A stretch of DNA of 38,993 bases from a bacterium (GTDB lineage: Bacteria > Hydrothermota > 32-111): NCBI GenBank assembly GCA_046484245.1, contig JAWOBN010000114.1, positions 1-38,993 of the forward strand, given 5' to 3'. Of this stretch, positions 9,839-18,463 are shown one piece after another. Both the position numbers and the translations under genes were made by a program. The number at the start of each line of letters is the position of its first letter. Position 1 is the stretch's first letter. Under the pieces are notes generated by a model. It worked only from the letters and a program-made list of their open reading frames with translations, was not told the DNA's origin and did not search any database.

Positions 9839-10320
9839 TGTATTCCTTTATTCTTATTATTGACAAGTTCCAGTGTATCTGTGCATTTTATATTATTACC
9901 ATCGGAATCTACGCCGTAATATGTTTCAATGTATTTACCGTCATTGTAATTGAAAGTGGAGAATTGCGCATTATAGCTCTTTATACTGCCGTATGCATCT
10001 ATCTCTGTTGTACCGAACCATGTATTGAGATCCGATTTGCTGTAGAAGAATGTGTCAACGACCTGATAATCATCCAGCACAAATACAGATACACATGCGG
10101 AACTCTTGGGGCCCCAGTTATCCAGTTCAACACTCCATCCATTCTCTTCTCTTATTTCAATATCCACTGTCCATGTCCATCCGTCCACTGAGAGATATGT
10201 CGGGTCAGCAGCGGGATTGGGCTTGTATGACACACTTATATCCCCTGTGGGAGCCAGCGGTATGAGCTCACAGCCTGTAAAAACAATCATGAGAATCAGG
10301 AGAGAAATAATATTTTTCAT
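9835..10320 (-). CDS. Hypothetical lipoprotein
   Basis: Signal peptide ending in lipobox FTGC, a beta-rich mature part, an AGGGAG SD, and ATGA coupling to nrdR. Confidence 0.75.
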   Translation of the reverse strand: MKNIISLLILMIVFTGCELIPLAPTGDISVSYKPNPAADPTYLSVDGWTWTVDIEIREENGWSVELDNWGPKSSACVSVFVLDDYQVVDTFFYSKSDLNTWFGTTEIDAYGSIKSYNAQFSTFNYNDGKYIETYYGVDSDGNNIKCTDTLELVNNKNKGIQ

Positions 10321-10337
10321 AATGATCTCCCTTTATT

Positions 10338-10363
10338 CAAAAGGGGGCAAATGCCCCCTTTTG
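10338..10363 (-). terminator. Intrinsic terminator hairpin after the ALDH gene
   Basis: CAAAAGGGGGC-AAAT-GCCCCCTTTTG perfect inverted repeat, 3 nt past the ALDH stop, with a short T-run on either strand. Confidence 0.75.
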
Positions 10364-10366
10364 TAT

Positions 10367-11863
10367 TTACTTTTCAACAGATGTATCAATTTGAGCTTTC
10401 TGCAGTTTGCCCGAATAGTCAATATAGACTGTCTTCTGTTCCGTATATATCTCATATACAGTCCATCCGCCCTCTCTGTGACCATTGCCTGTTGCCTTTA
10501 CACCGCCGAACGGCATATGGCACTCTGCTCCGATTGTCGGGCCGTTTATATAGGTAATGCCTGCCTCAATATCCTCAACTGCCTTGAGACCCTTATTGAT
10601 GTCCCTTGTATAGATTGATGAGGATAATCCGTACTCAATATCATTAATAACATCTATTGCCTCTTCAAATGAAGAGACCTTGATGATTGACAGCACAGGA
10701 CCGAATATCTCCTCCTGTTCCAGCCTTGACATCGGTTTGACATTGGTGAATACAGTCGGTTTGTAGAACCATCCCCGGGAGCAGTCACCTTCAGTGCATT
10801 TTTCTCCGCCTGTTACAAGCTCGGCGCCTTCCTCTTTGCCGATATCAATATATGAGTGAATCTTGTTGAGAGCCGCCTCATTGATAACAGGCCCCACATC
10901 CGTGTCTTCGTCCCATGGTTTGCCTATCTTCAGTTTCTCGGCACGTTCAACAAGCCTTTCAACAAATCTGTCATGTATATCCTCATGTATGATTATCCTT
11001 GATGTTGCAGTGCATCTCTGTCCCGCTGTACCGAATGCACCGAATAGAGCGCCTTCAACAGCCAGTTCCAGATCTGCGTCATCCATTACTATCTGCCCGT
11101 TCTTACCGCCCAGTTCAAGGGATACCTTCTTGAGGGATTTGCCTGCAACAGATGCAATGTGTTTGCCTACAGCTGATGAGCCGGTAAATGAGATAACTCC
11201 CACATCCTTGTGCTCAAGCAGGGCATTGCCTACAGATGAACCGGGTCCATTGACCATATTGATGACACCTTCGGGAACACCTGCCTCAATCATTATCTCA
11301 AACAGCTTGGCTACCATCAGAGGTGTATCGGAAGCCGGTTTTATAACAACAGTATTGCCTGAGAGCAATGCGGGGAACATCTTCCATGTGGGTATTGCAA
11401 TGGGGAAATTCCACGGGCATATGAGGCCTGCAACACCGATCGGTCTGAGGAATGTGATATTGACCTTATTGGTCAGTTCGGAGGGAGATGTTTTGCCGAA
11501 GAATCTGCGGCCCTCGCCGAATGCATAATAAGCAGTGTCAATGCCTTCCTGGACATCACCCCTTGCCTCTGATATGATCTTGCCCATTTCCTTTGTCATA
11601 AGCTGGGCAAGCTCCTCTTTGCGTTTGACCATAATATCGCCTACCCTTCCGAGTATCTCTCCCCTCTTGGCTGCAGGGACCTTGCTCCATTTTTTGAATG
11701 CATCCTTTGCTGCTTTTACTGCTTCGTTTACATCCTCGGGCCCTGATTTTGCCACAGTTGCAAGAACACTGTCCCACTGTGCGGGCATTCTTGTCTCAAA
11801 GGTCTCTCCGCTCTTGGAATCAACCCATTTTCCATTAATAAAATTCTTGATGTTTTCAGCCAT
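10367..11863 (-). CDS. NAD(P)-dependent aldehyde dehydrogenase
   Basis: Motifs PWNFP, FTGSSAVG, LELGGKN (catalytic Glu), AGQRCTA (catalytic Cys), EEIFGPV and PFGGVK. Confidence 0.95.
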   Translation of the reverse strand: MAENIKNFINGKWVDSKSGETFETRMPAQWDSVLATVAKSGPEDVNEAVKAAKDAFKKWSKVPAAKRGEILGRVGDIMVKRKEELAQLMTKEMGKIISEARGDVQEGIDTAYYAFGEGRRFFGKTSPSELTNKVNITFLRPIGVAGLICPWNFPIAIPTWKMFPALLSGNTVVIKPASDTPLMVAKLFEIMIEAGVPEGVINMVNGPGSSVGNALLEHKDVGVISFTGSSAVGKHIASVAGKSLKKVSLELGGKNGQIVMDDADLELAVEGALFGAFGTAGQRCTATSRIIIHEDIHDRFVERLVERAEKLKIGKPWDEDTDVGPVINEAALNKIHSYIDIGKEEGAELVTGGEKCTEGDCSRGWFYKPTVFTNVKPMSRLEQEEIFGPVLSIIKVSSFEEAIDVINDIEYGLSSSIYTRDINKGLKAVEDIEAGITYINGPTIGAECHMPFGGVKATGNGHREGGWTVYEIYTEQKTVYIDYSGKLQKAQIDTSVEK

Positions 11864-11871
11864 ATTGCCTC

Positions 11872-12792
11872 CTAATCTTCATTTTGCAGTTTATTCTTCA
11901 GTTCCGGATCAGGCGGGAATGCATCCTCAAAGAGAGTTACTGATTCTCCGCTGTATCCCTTTATATAATTCAGTTTATCCAGTTCAAGCTCAATCTTCTC
12001 ATAACTGGATAATTCGCCGTATCCCTTGAATATTACAGTGTGATTGACAGGTGTCTCATAGGGCTCACGCATGCCTCTGCCTTCATATCCGCCCAGTATC
12101 ACATCAATACCCTCAACAGTATCGGCAAGCTTCTTGTCATGCTCAAATCCTATTGAGGTGAGACCTACTATTATGTGACATTTGTTTTTCTTCAGTAAAT
12201 CCACCAGTCTTCTTGCAGTTGCTATCTCTCTTTCTATATCAGCCTGTTTCAGCACATGTCTCTTCAGATCAAAAACAGCATATTCTGTTGTAAGTCCGAA
12301 TACACCTATCCTCACACCCTCTATATCAAAGATATGATAACCCTTTACATCAAGCGGGTAATCCCTGAATGATATATTGGCAAGCAGGACAGGCATATTG
12401 AGTTTTTCAGTATTCCTCTCAACAAAACGGGGGCCTGAGGAGATTTCATCAATACCGAGATTGATAATATCATAATCCAGGTAATTGAAAACAGTGACAG
12501 GCCTGTCCATTGACACAGAGTCCTCTTTCAGATACTTTACGGAAAAATTACCCGAATCAGTGAGGAGCAGTATGTCTCCGTTTTCCTCAGCTTTCTCTCT
12601 CTCCCATTTGACTGCTGTTGCAAATGAATAAACACCGCCGAGTTTCGGAGGAAAATCAGGATTGATGAATGTCGCGCCCCTCGGTTCAAATACATCCATT
12701 ATATCATTTGTATGAAGGAGTATAACACTCCTGCCTGATACAATAAGGAATGCGGAAAGGACAGCAAGGAGCAGTATTGTCTTCTTATTCAT
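11872..12792 (-). CDS. Exported 5'-nucleotidase (UshA) N-terminal metallophosphoesterase-fold protein with a degenerate active site
   Basis: Signal peptide. ILLHTND, LLTDSGN, RIGVFGLTT and VEGIDVILGG follow the UshA layout, but the His ligands are replaced and the C-terminal domain is absent. Confidence 0.75.
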   Translation of the reverse strand: MNKKTILLLAVLSAFLIVSGRSVILLHTNDIMDVFEPRGATFINPDFPPKLGGVYSFATAVKWEREKAEENGDILLLTDSGNFSVKYLKEDSVSMDRPVTVFNYLDYDIINLGIDEISSGPRFVERNTEKLNMPVLLANISFRDYPLDVKGYHIFDIEGVRIGVFGLTTEYAVFDLKRHVLKQADIEREIATARRLVDLLKKNKCHIIVGLTSIGFEHDKKLADTVEGIDVILGGYEGRGMREPYETPVNHTVIFKGYGELSSYEKIELELDKLNYIKGYSGESVTLFEDAFPPDPELKNKLQNED

Positions 12793-12800
12793 GTTTCCTC

Positions 12801-13379
12801 CTAATTGATAACAGTGATTTTGGGGTGTGAACGGTTAAACACATCAGTAAAGTATTCCTCGTATATCCGGCCTATCTCTTCTGATTTGATCAGTACGGAA
12901 CTCTCATTATTCTTGTCCAGAGCCCAGTAACTCCAATTTGTGGAGCCGACTGATGTGTACAGCGAATCAACCATTAATGTCTTTGAATGAATAGTAACAT
13001 CAGGGTCATCATAATAGACATCCACACCGCCCTTTCGGAGGAATTCACCCAGTTCCATATTACTCAGTGACTGGGACGGGTTATAGCCGGACTGGTCCAG
13101 TATAACTTTCACTTCAACACCCCTCTCAGCTGCATCAAACAATGACTGGTATATCTGCCTGTTGACACCCTTGGGATAATTGGGATAATAGCCTGCTGAA
13201 AGAATCATGATATGAATTGTCTTCTCGGCATTATCAAACAGTCTTATTACAGTGGGCGCATAATCCCTGTTGTTTATCGGATAGACACCCTCTGCATTGT
13301 AAAACTCAAGACCGGCCTCTTCAAATGCAAATATCAGAACAGGCAGTGCGGCAATTATAATTATCAGTATTCTCTTCAT
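12801..13379 (-). CDS. Exported phospholipase D superfamily protein, Nuc-like, single HKD
   Basis: Signal peptide. Motifs AAERGVEVKVILD, HSKTLMVD (HxKxxxxD), VGSTNWS and NNESS. Confidence 0.9.
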   Translation of the reverse strand: MKRILIIIIAALPVLIFAFEEAGLEFYNAEGVYPINNRDYAPTVIRLFDNAEKTIHIMILSAGYYPNYPKGVNRQIYQSLFDAAERGVEVKVILDQSGYNPSQSLSNMELGEFLRKGGVDVYYDDPDVTIHSKTLMVDSLYTSVGSTNWSYWALDKNNESSVLIKSEEIGRIYEEYFTDVFNRSHPKITVIN

Positions 13380-13389
13380 AATAATCTCC

Positions 13390-13962
13390 TCATTGATTAA
13401 TTGAGAGTTCTTCGGTTGAGAATTCCTTGAGGCGATAATAAAAATCTATATAGCTCAGTGCAAGGGGGGCGGATTTAACCACCACTGCACTCTCGTCATT
13501 GCGTTCAAGTGCATAGAAACTCCAGTTGGTGGAGCCGACAACACTGTACAGTGAATCAACCACAATAATCTTGGAATGCGTTGTCTTGTCAGCAGGTTCA
13601 AAGTACACATCCACGCCATTGGAGCGCATGAACTCTGCAAACTCCGCATTATCCATGGAGTGTGAAGGATTCCATGACGACTGGTCAACAATGATCTCAG
13701 CCTTGACACCGCGCTTGACTGCATCAAATATTGCATTGTACATCTTCCTGTTTGTACCGTCAGGATACTCCTCATAGTACTTTGTCTGATATACAACTGC
13801 ATGAATGGTCTTCCGGGCATTATTAAAGAGATTTATCATGCCGGGCACATAATCCTGCCTGTTGATAACAGCAACACCGTCAGTTTCCATGAAAGGAATA
13901 ATATCCTCAGCTGTCAAGAGAAGTGCCGTGAAAATGAATAGTATTATAATCAATTGTTTCAT
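13390..13962 (-). CDS. Exported phospholipase D superfamily protein, Nuc-like, single HKD (paralogue of the neighbour)
   Basis: Signal peptide. Motifs AVKRGVKAEIIVD, HSKIIVVD, VGSTNWS and NDESA. Confidence 0.9.
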   Translation of the reverse strand: MKQLIIILFIFTALLLTAEDIIPFMETDGVAVINRQDYVPGMINLFNNARKTIHAVVYQTKYYEEYPDGTNRKMYNAIFDAVKRGVKAEIIVDQSSWNPSHSMDNAEFAEFMRSNGVDVYFEPADKTTHSKIIVVDSLYSVVGSTNWSFYALERNDESAVVVKSAPLALSYIDFYYRLKEFSTEELSINQ

Positions 13963-13976
13963 AATCCGAATTCTCC

Positions 13977-15152
13977 TTAAAAGTTTATGCCGATATCAGT
14001 ATTCATCTTTATCATCCTGTTTGTATTATACTGATCTTCAATATTGTATGTATTCTGAACATACTGACCTGCCAGAGAGAATACAACATCATTGATCGTG
14101 TAATTGAATCCTGCAGTAATGCCTGCATCAGCAGCATGATTGTAATCAGCATATCTCCTGTACGGTTCATAGAGAATTCCGTACATCATCTCAATATTAC
14201 TGCCCATTTGGTGTTTGATGCCGAGATGATATTTGATGATATCACTGTAATCATAGCTGTTTGGTCCATTGAGTTCTGTCCAGCGCTCATACACTGCTTC
14301 CAGAAGCAGCGTGACAGGCCTTATGTTCGCAGGTCTGTACATAATGCCAAAACCTGCAATTGTCGGTATATAGCCGTCATGCCTGTCAGCAGTACTCACA
14401 GTGTCTGACCCTGCAGCATCAATGGAGCGCTGATTCTTGACATTGACAGGCAGATGATAAAAGGCAGTTGCATTGAACCTTTCTGCAGGCTCATATGCAA
14501 TTGAGAATCCGCCTTTGATGGATGAATACTCTTCATCAATATTGTGTGTTGAATCCGTCATTGCCGGGTCCACATGTACAATGGAATAGGTCTTTTCGCC
14601 ATCACCCTGTATTATTGACAGATTGCCGCCTATTGTGATATGCCAGATGCTGTAGGATGCTGACAGAAAATAGGCATTTATGCTCCCTGTATTGGCTATC
14701 TTCTCCTGATAAAGCGTCACATAATTATTATCCCTGTATGTCTTCTCATAATCATAGTCCTGCGAATAGAGATTTGCAAAACCGAGATTTATGCCGAATG
14801 ATGATACGGGAATAAAAGCAGTTATATAAAACGGCTCACCGTAGAAATAACTGTTGTCATATGTCGTGGTCTTGCCTATATTATTATCATAGGAGTCAAA
14901 CAAATAGCGCGAACGCGTTTCCCTGTACTGAAGACCTCCGAATCCGCCTGAAATATAGTATCCGTCAGACACCCTCTTCAGCGAGGGGTTCACTATCGGA
15001 TTGCTCATGAACATCACAGAGCCCGTACCTGCAGAATATGCTGTTAAGGGGCTGTTCAGCTCACCGACAATCTCGTTACTGTACAGTTCACTGTAAGCAG
15101 AGAGTGATACTGCAAAAGCGATAATTAAAAGTAATGATATTAGTCTTTTCAT
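13977..15152 (-). CDS. Outer-membrane beta-barrel protein (FadL/PorV-like architecture)
   Basis: Probable start MKRLISLLL at 15152 after a GGAGG SD (the track start of 15167 is likely too early). Signal peptide, amphipathic Tyr/Gly-rich strands and a C-terminal Phe (DIGINF). Confidence 0.65.
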   Translation of the reverse strand: MKRLISLLLIIAFAVSLSAYSELYSNEIVGELNSPLTAYSAGTGSVMFMSNPIVNPSLKRVSDGYYISGGFGGLQYRETRSRYLFDSYDNNIGKTTTYDNSYFYGEPFYITAFIPVSSFGINLGFANLYSQDYDYEKTYRDNNYVTLYQEKIANTGSINAYFLSASYSIWHITIGGNLSIIQGDGEKTYSIVHVDPAMTDSTHNIDEEYSSIKGGFSIAYEPAERFNATAFYHLPVNVKNQRSIDAAGSDTVSTADRHDGYIPTIAGFGIMYRPANIRPVTLLLEAVYERWTELNGPNSYDYSDIIKYHLGIKHQMGSNIEMMYGILYEPYRRYADYNHAADAGITAGFNYTINDVVFSLAGQYVQNTYNIEDQYNTNRMIKMNTDIGINF

Positions 15153-15160
15153 TATTCCTC

Positions 15161-17581
15161 CTACCATCTGAAATCTAAGCGTATCTCAAGATTAAACAAA
15201 TTGTTATATTCAATGAAATCCCTTACAAACTGTTCGTCTTCACCATAGTAATGATACTCACTGTCGGGATTATAAATACCCGTATGCGGTATATCCTGAT
15301 TCTTCAGACTTGCCTTTGCCCGGACGGATATATTGTCCGAGAGTCTGTCTATCATTGTTACATAGAATTTCTGACCATTGCCGTAGAGAAAATCAATACC
15401 CGTATCTTCAAATATCCATTGACTCATGCCGCCTGTCTGCCAGGTTGCAATACCTGAAAGAACGGAGAAATAGTCAGTCATCTCATGTTCAAATGAAACA
15501 TTGAGATATGTGCCGTCAATAATATAATTCTCACCATACATCAGTGACGGTGTCAGATTGACCCTGCCGTATCTTGCCTCCAGATTGAGATAATCATTAT
15601 TGGAGAGAAGGGCGAATATCCTCAGTGTTGTTTCATTGGTGACAGAGTGAGTTGAAGCAGCTATCTTTGCAAGATTCTTCTCCTGTATCTTCTGCTTGAG
15701 TCTTATTCTCAGCGGGAATACGGGTCTGTACTCAATTGTACCCTGGAATCTGTAATTGGTCAGATTGTAATCCAGTGTACGCCAGATATCCAGATACACC
15801 TTATTGAGTGTGAGCTGTTCTGTCAATCTGTAACGCGTCTCAAAATAGATGCCCTCTTCGGGCTTTGGCCTGGGGTCATCCGTTATTATTGTGAGAATCG
15901 GGTCAACAAGCCGGTATTCCTTTTCAAAAGATGTATCGTCAAACCGGCTCTGTTCTGACAGGGGTCTCGCGAATGGATTGTCAAAACCCGCATCATAATG
16001 CCTGTAAATTGTCCTGAGATAGAAATTGTCAAATACAATGTCATTCCTCAGCACATATGCATAGGCATCCAGCTGTCTGGCGACTTCACCCTCAAATGAC
16101 ATATTCTTGTAATCTGTCCTGAAATCCACACCGTAAACAGTACGCCTCTTACCCCTGAATGATTCAGTGAATACAGGATCCGATATATTGTCCTTGTCAA
16201 AGGGTATATCTATAAAGACAGTGTCCGGATTGAGCTTCCTGTCATACATTGATCTGTAGCCTGTCACACCGATGCGTGTTGATATGGGCATATCCATGAA
16301 ACCGCCCAGATTGAGTGAGAGCCTGCCGCCCCCTGTCAATTCACCTACATTATTCTCAAATGCGCTGAAGAAGGTGTGCTGCAGTATCAGCATATTGACA
16401 GTTGAGTCGGGGTTTAGAAGTGCATTCCTCTTCATTGAACTGCCGAATGCAGTATAGTCCAGTCTGCCCAATGAACCATTCAGTGCAATACCATTGAATG
16501 CAGAACCGTATGACTCAATGACATCGGGGAATACACCTTCTATGACATCATATCTCCTTGCCCTGTACTCATCCGTATTGTCCAGGACCAGGCCCTGGCC
16601 TGCACTGATGCGGAAATTGCCTATAACAATATCCGGGCTGTAGGGCATATCCTTCATTGATGCATACATCTTGTATTTGTATTCCTCAATACCGGCATAC
16701 TTGACAAAGAGACCGCCTGCTGACATGTGTTTGCCCAGACGGAGCTTCAGTTTATTGACAAAATCACCGTCCATTTCCTTATTCCTGATATCCTCAAGTT
16801 CACTGCTCATACGGGATTTAATGGACTCTATCTCGTATTCGGATACACCGGCTTCAAGAAGCTGGTCCCTCACATTAGTTGAATCAGCCCCTGCCACATT
16901 GAGCAGTTTAATGGCATTTTCAAGCTGATAGGATAGAGATGAATATGATGTGTAATTGTATGAATCATCATTGGTGTATCTCAGCTGGGATCTTAGATAT
17001 CCGGAGAATGCCCATGGGTTTTCCGGTTCATCAAATGTTATGTAATTCCTTATCTGTGTCCATGCATAGTATGTCAGTCCCTGCGTACTCCGCACATGTC
17101 CCTCATATCCGAATCCGCCGTAGCGCTTCTGAGCCCTTATAATCGCCGCAGCATCCGTTATATTGACATTGTGTATCTGAAGGAGCTGATCGAGTGTTGC
17201 AGTATTGATGTTGAGCTTATGGATAAGGAGATCCTCCCAGAGGTCTATTGCACCTTGTGTGGGGGATTCCTCTGATGCAAGGCGTTCCTGCAGCCGCATG
17301 ACCCATATTGATGTCTGATCTGTCGCAGTATCGGGATATAGGACAATCTTGTCTTTAAGTATATTGAATATTTCCGTATCCACACCCTCAATGTCTCTGA
17401 GTTCATATATACTCTGAATCTCACCGTGATAATAGATATAGTCCTTGATACCTTCAATTACCTCATCGGGCAGAAGAAGAGTGTCAAGCACTTCAGGAGG
17501 CTGATTATTGATATCTATCTCACCGGCAAGGGAGAATGCAGTGAAAGACAGTATGAATATTATTAAAATTAATCGTTTCAT
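15161..17581 (-). CDS. Large outer-membrane protein: two ComEA-type helix-hairpin-helix modules plus a predicted beta-barrel
   Basis: Signal peptide. IDINN...HGEIQSIYELRDIEGVD and LNINTATLDQLLQIHNV...AAAIIRAQKRYGGF are ComEA-like. The remainder is beta-strand rich and ends in LEIRLDFRW. Confidence 0.78.
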   Translation of the reverse strand: MKRLILIIFILSFTAFSLAGEIDINNQPPEVLDTLLLPDEVIEGIKDYIYYHGEIQSIYELRDIEGVDTEIFNILKDKIVLYPDTATDQTSIWVMRLQERLASEESPTQGAIDLWEDLLIHKLNINTATLDQLLQIHNVNITDAAAIIRAQKRYGGFGYEGHVRSTQGLTYYAWTQIRNYITFDEPENPWAFSGYLRSQLRYTNDDSYNYTSYSSLSYQLENAIKLLNVAGADSTNVRDQLLEAGVSEYEIESIKSRMSSELEDIRNKEMDGDFVNKLKLRLGKHMSAGGLFVKYAGIEEYKYKMYASMKDMPYSPDIVIGNFRISAGQGLVLDNTDEYRARRYDVIEGVFPDVIESYGSAFNGIALNGSLGRLDYTAFGSSMKRNALLNPDSTVNMLILQHTFFSAFENNVGELTGGGRLSLNLGGFMDMPISTRIGVTGYRSMYDRKLNPDTVFIDIPFDKDNISDPVFTESFRGKRRTVYGVDFRTDYKNMSFEGEVARQLDAYAYVLRNDIVFDNFYLRTIYRHYDAGFDNPFARPLSEQSRFDDTSFEKEYRLVDPILTIITDDPRPKPEEGIYFETRYRLTEQLTLNKVYLDIWRTLDYNLTNYRFQGTIEYRPVFPLRIRLKQKIQEKNLAKIAASTHSVTNETTLRIFALLSNNDYLNLEARYGRVNLTPSLMYGENYIIDGTYLNVSFEHEMTDYFSVLSGIATWQTGGMSQWIFEDTGIDFLYGNGQKFYVTMIDRLSDNISVRAKASLKNQDIPHTGIYNPDSEYHYYGEDEQFVRDFIEYNNLFNLEIRLDFRW

Positions 17582-17588
17582 ATCATCC

Positions 17589-18455
17589 TCAGAATTTATA
17601 GTTTAACTGAATAAGATGCATTCCGCTCAGTTCTCTTGTTGCAGTATAACCGTAATCAATTGAAAACTGCCCTTTCTTTACTTCAAAGCCGCCTGCATAT
17701 TCCATGGGGTATGACCGCAGTCCTGCCCTGAGTATGAATATGTCCTCAACAAGTTCATAGAGAATGCCCCCGCCCATTGATGTGGGTCTGCCTGCTGCCT
17801 TGGATACATCAAAACTCGTGATGAAATCCTCATAGGGTTCAAATGACACTCCTGCTGATACAGTCCTGTCAAAATAGTATCTTGTATTGGTTAGACTGCC
17901 GGACATATAGGTGTTTGTGATATTCCTTACTGCAATACCCAGATTCCACCGGTTATACACAGTGCCTATTATGCCTATGTCAGCTGTGTAGTATATATTG
18001 CTTCCGTAATCCTTCTGTTCCAGATAGAGTGCATTGACATTGGTTCCCACTCTCATCACATCAGCGAGTTTCACACCGTATGTCATCTGCACTGTCCTCT
18101 CTGTGTGGAGTTTTGTTCCTGTTGATATGACACTGTCCATATTGGCATAATCGCCCAGTACAAACATCTCCGAATACTTGAGTCCTACTGTTCCGTAATC
18201 TGTCCTGTATCCGCCTGTCAGAGCAAAGGCATGTGTGAACATGAAGAGATTCTCATACGATATACTGACATCACCCTTGTCCACCCCTGTAATGGAAGCG
18301 GGGTTTAAGAAAGCATTGTCAATGCCCATGACAACTGAAGTACAGTTGAAGCGCATTGATTTTGACTTGATTGCGCCCGGTATATATTCAAAAGCCGGGA
18401 ATACAAGGATTGCGACAAACAGTATTAAGGATAGAAATAATATTCCTTTTTTCAT
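17589..18455 (-). CDS. PorV/PorQ/PorP-like outer-membrane beta-barrel
   Basis: Probable start MKKGIL at 18455 after a GAGG SD. GAIKSKSM...DNAFLNPASI resembles the GaRa.gMG...NPA motif. Also has LRAG and FSIDYGY, and ends in HLIQLNYKF. Confidence 0.7.
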   Translation of the reverse strand: MKKGILFLSLILFVAILVFPAFEYIPGAIKSKSMRFNCTSVVMGIDNAFLNPASITGVDKGDVSISYENLFMFTHAFALTGGYRTDYGTVGLKYSEMFVLGDYANMDSVISTGTKLHTERTVQMTYGVKLADVMRVGTNVNALYLEQKDYGSNIYYTADIGIIGTVYNRWNLGIAVRNITNTYMSGSLTNTRYYFDRTVSAGVSFEPYEDFITSFDVSKAAGRPTSMGGGILYELVEDIFILRAGLRSYPMEYAGGFEVKKGQFSIDYGYTATRELSGMHLIQLNYKF

Positions 18456-18463
18456 AATATACC

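Noticed and set aside
10863..12029. Long plus-strand ORFs (221 and 164 aa) opposite the ALDH, and similar shadow ORFs throughout the window
   Set aside because: They are antisense to well-supported genes and have the Ser/Ile/Pro-rich composition typical of reverse-frame artefacts.
12801..13962. PLD pair as an anti-phage defence or restriction nuclease, or as cardiolipin synthase
   Set aside because: Both proteins have export signals, with no helicase or methylase partner and no membrane anchor or two-HKD architecture. The context is outer-membrane proteins.
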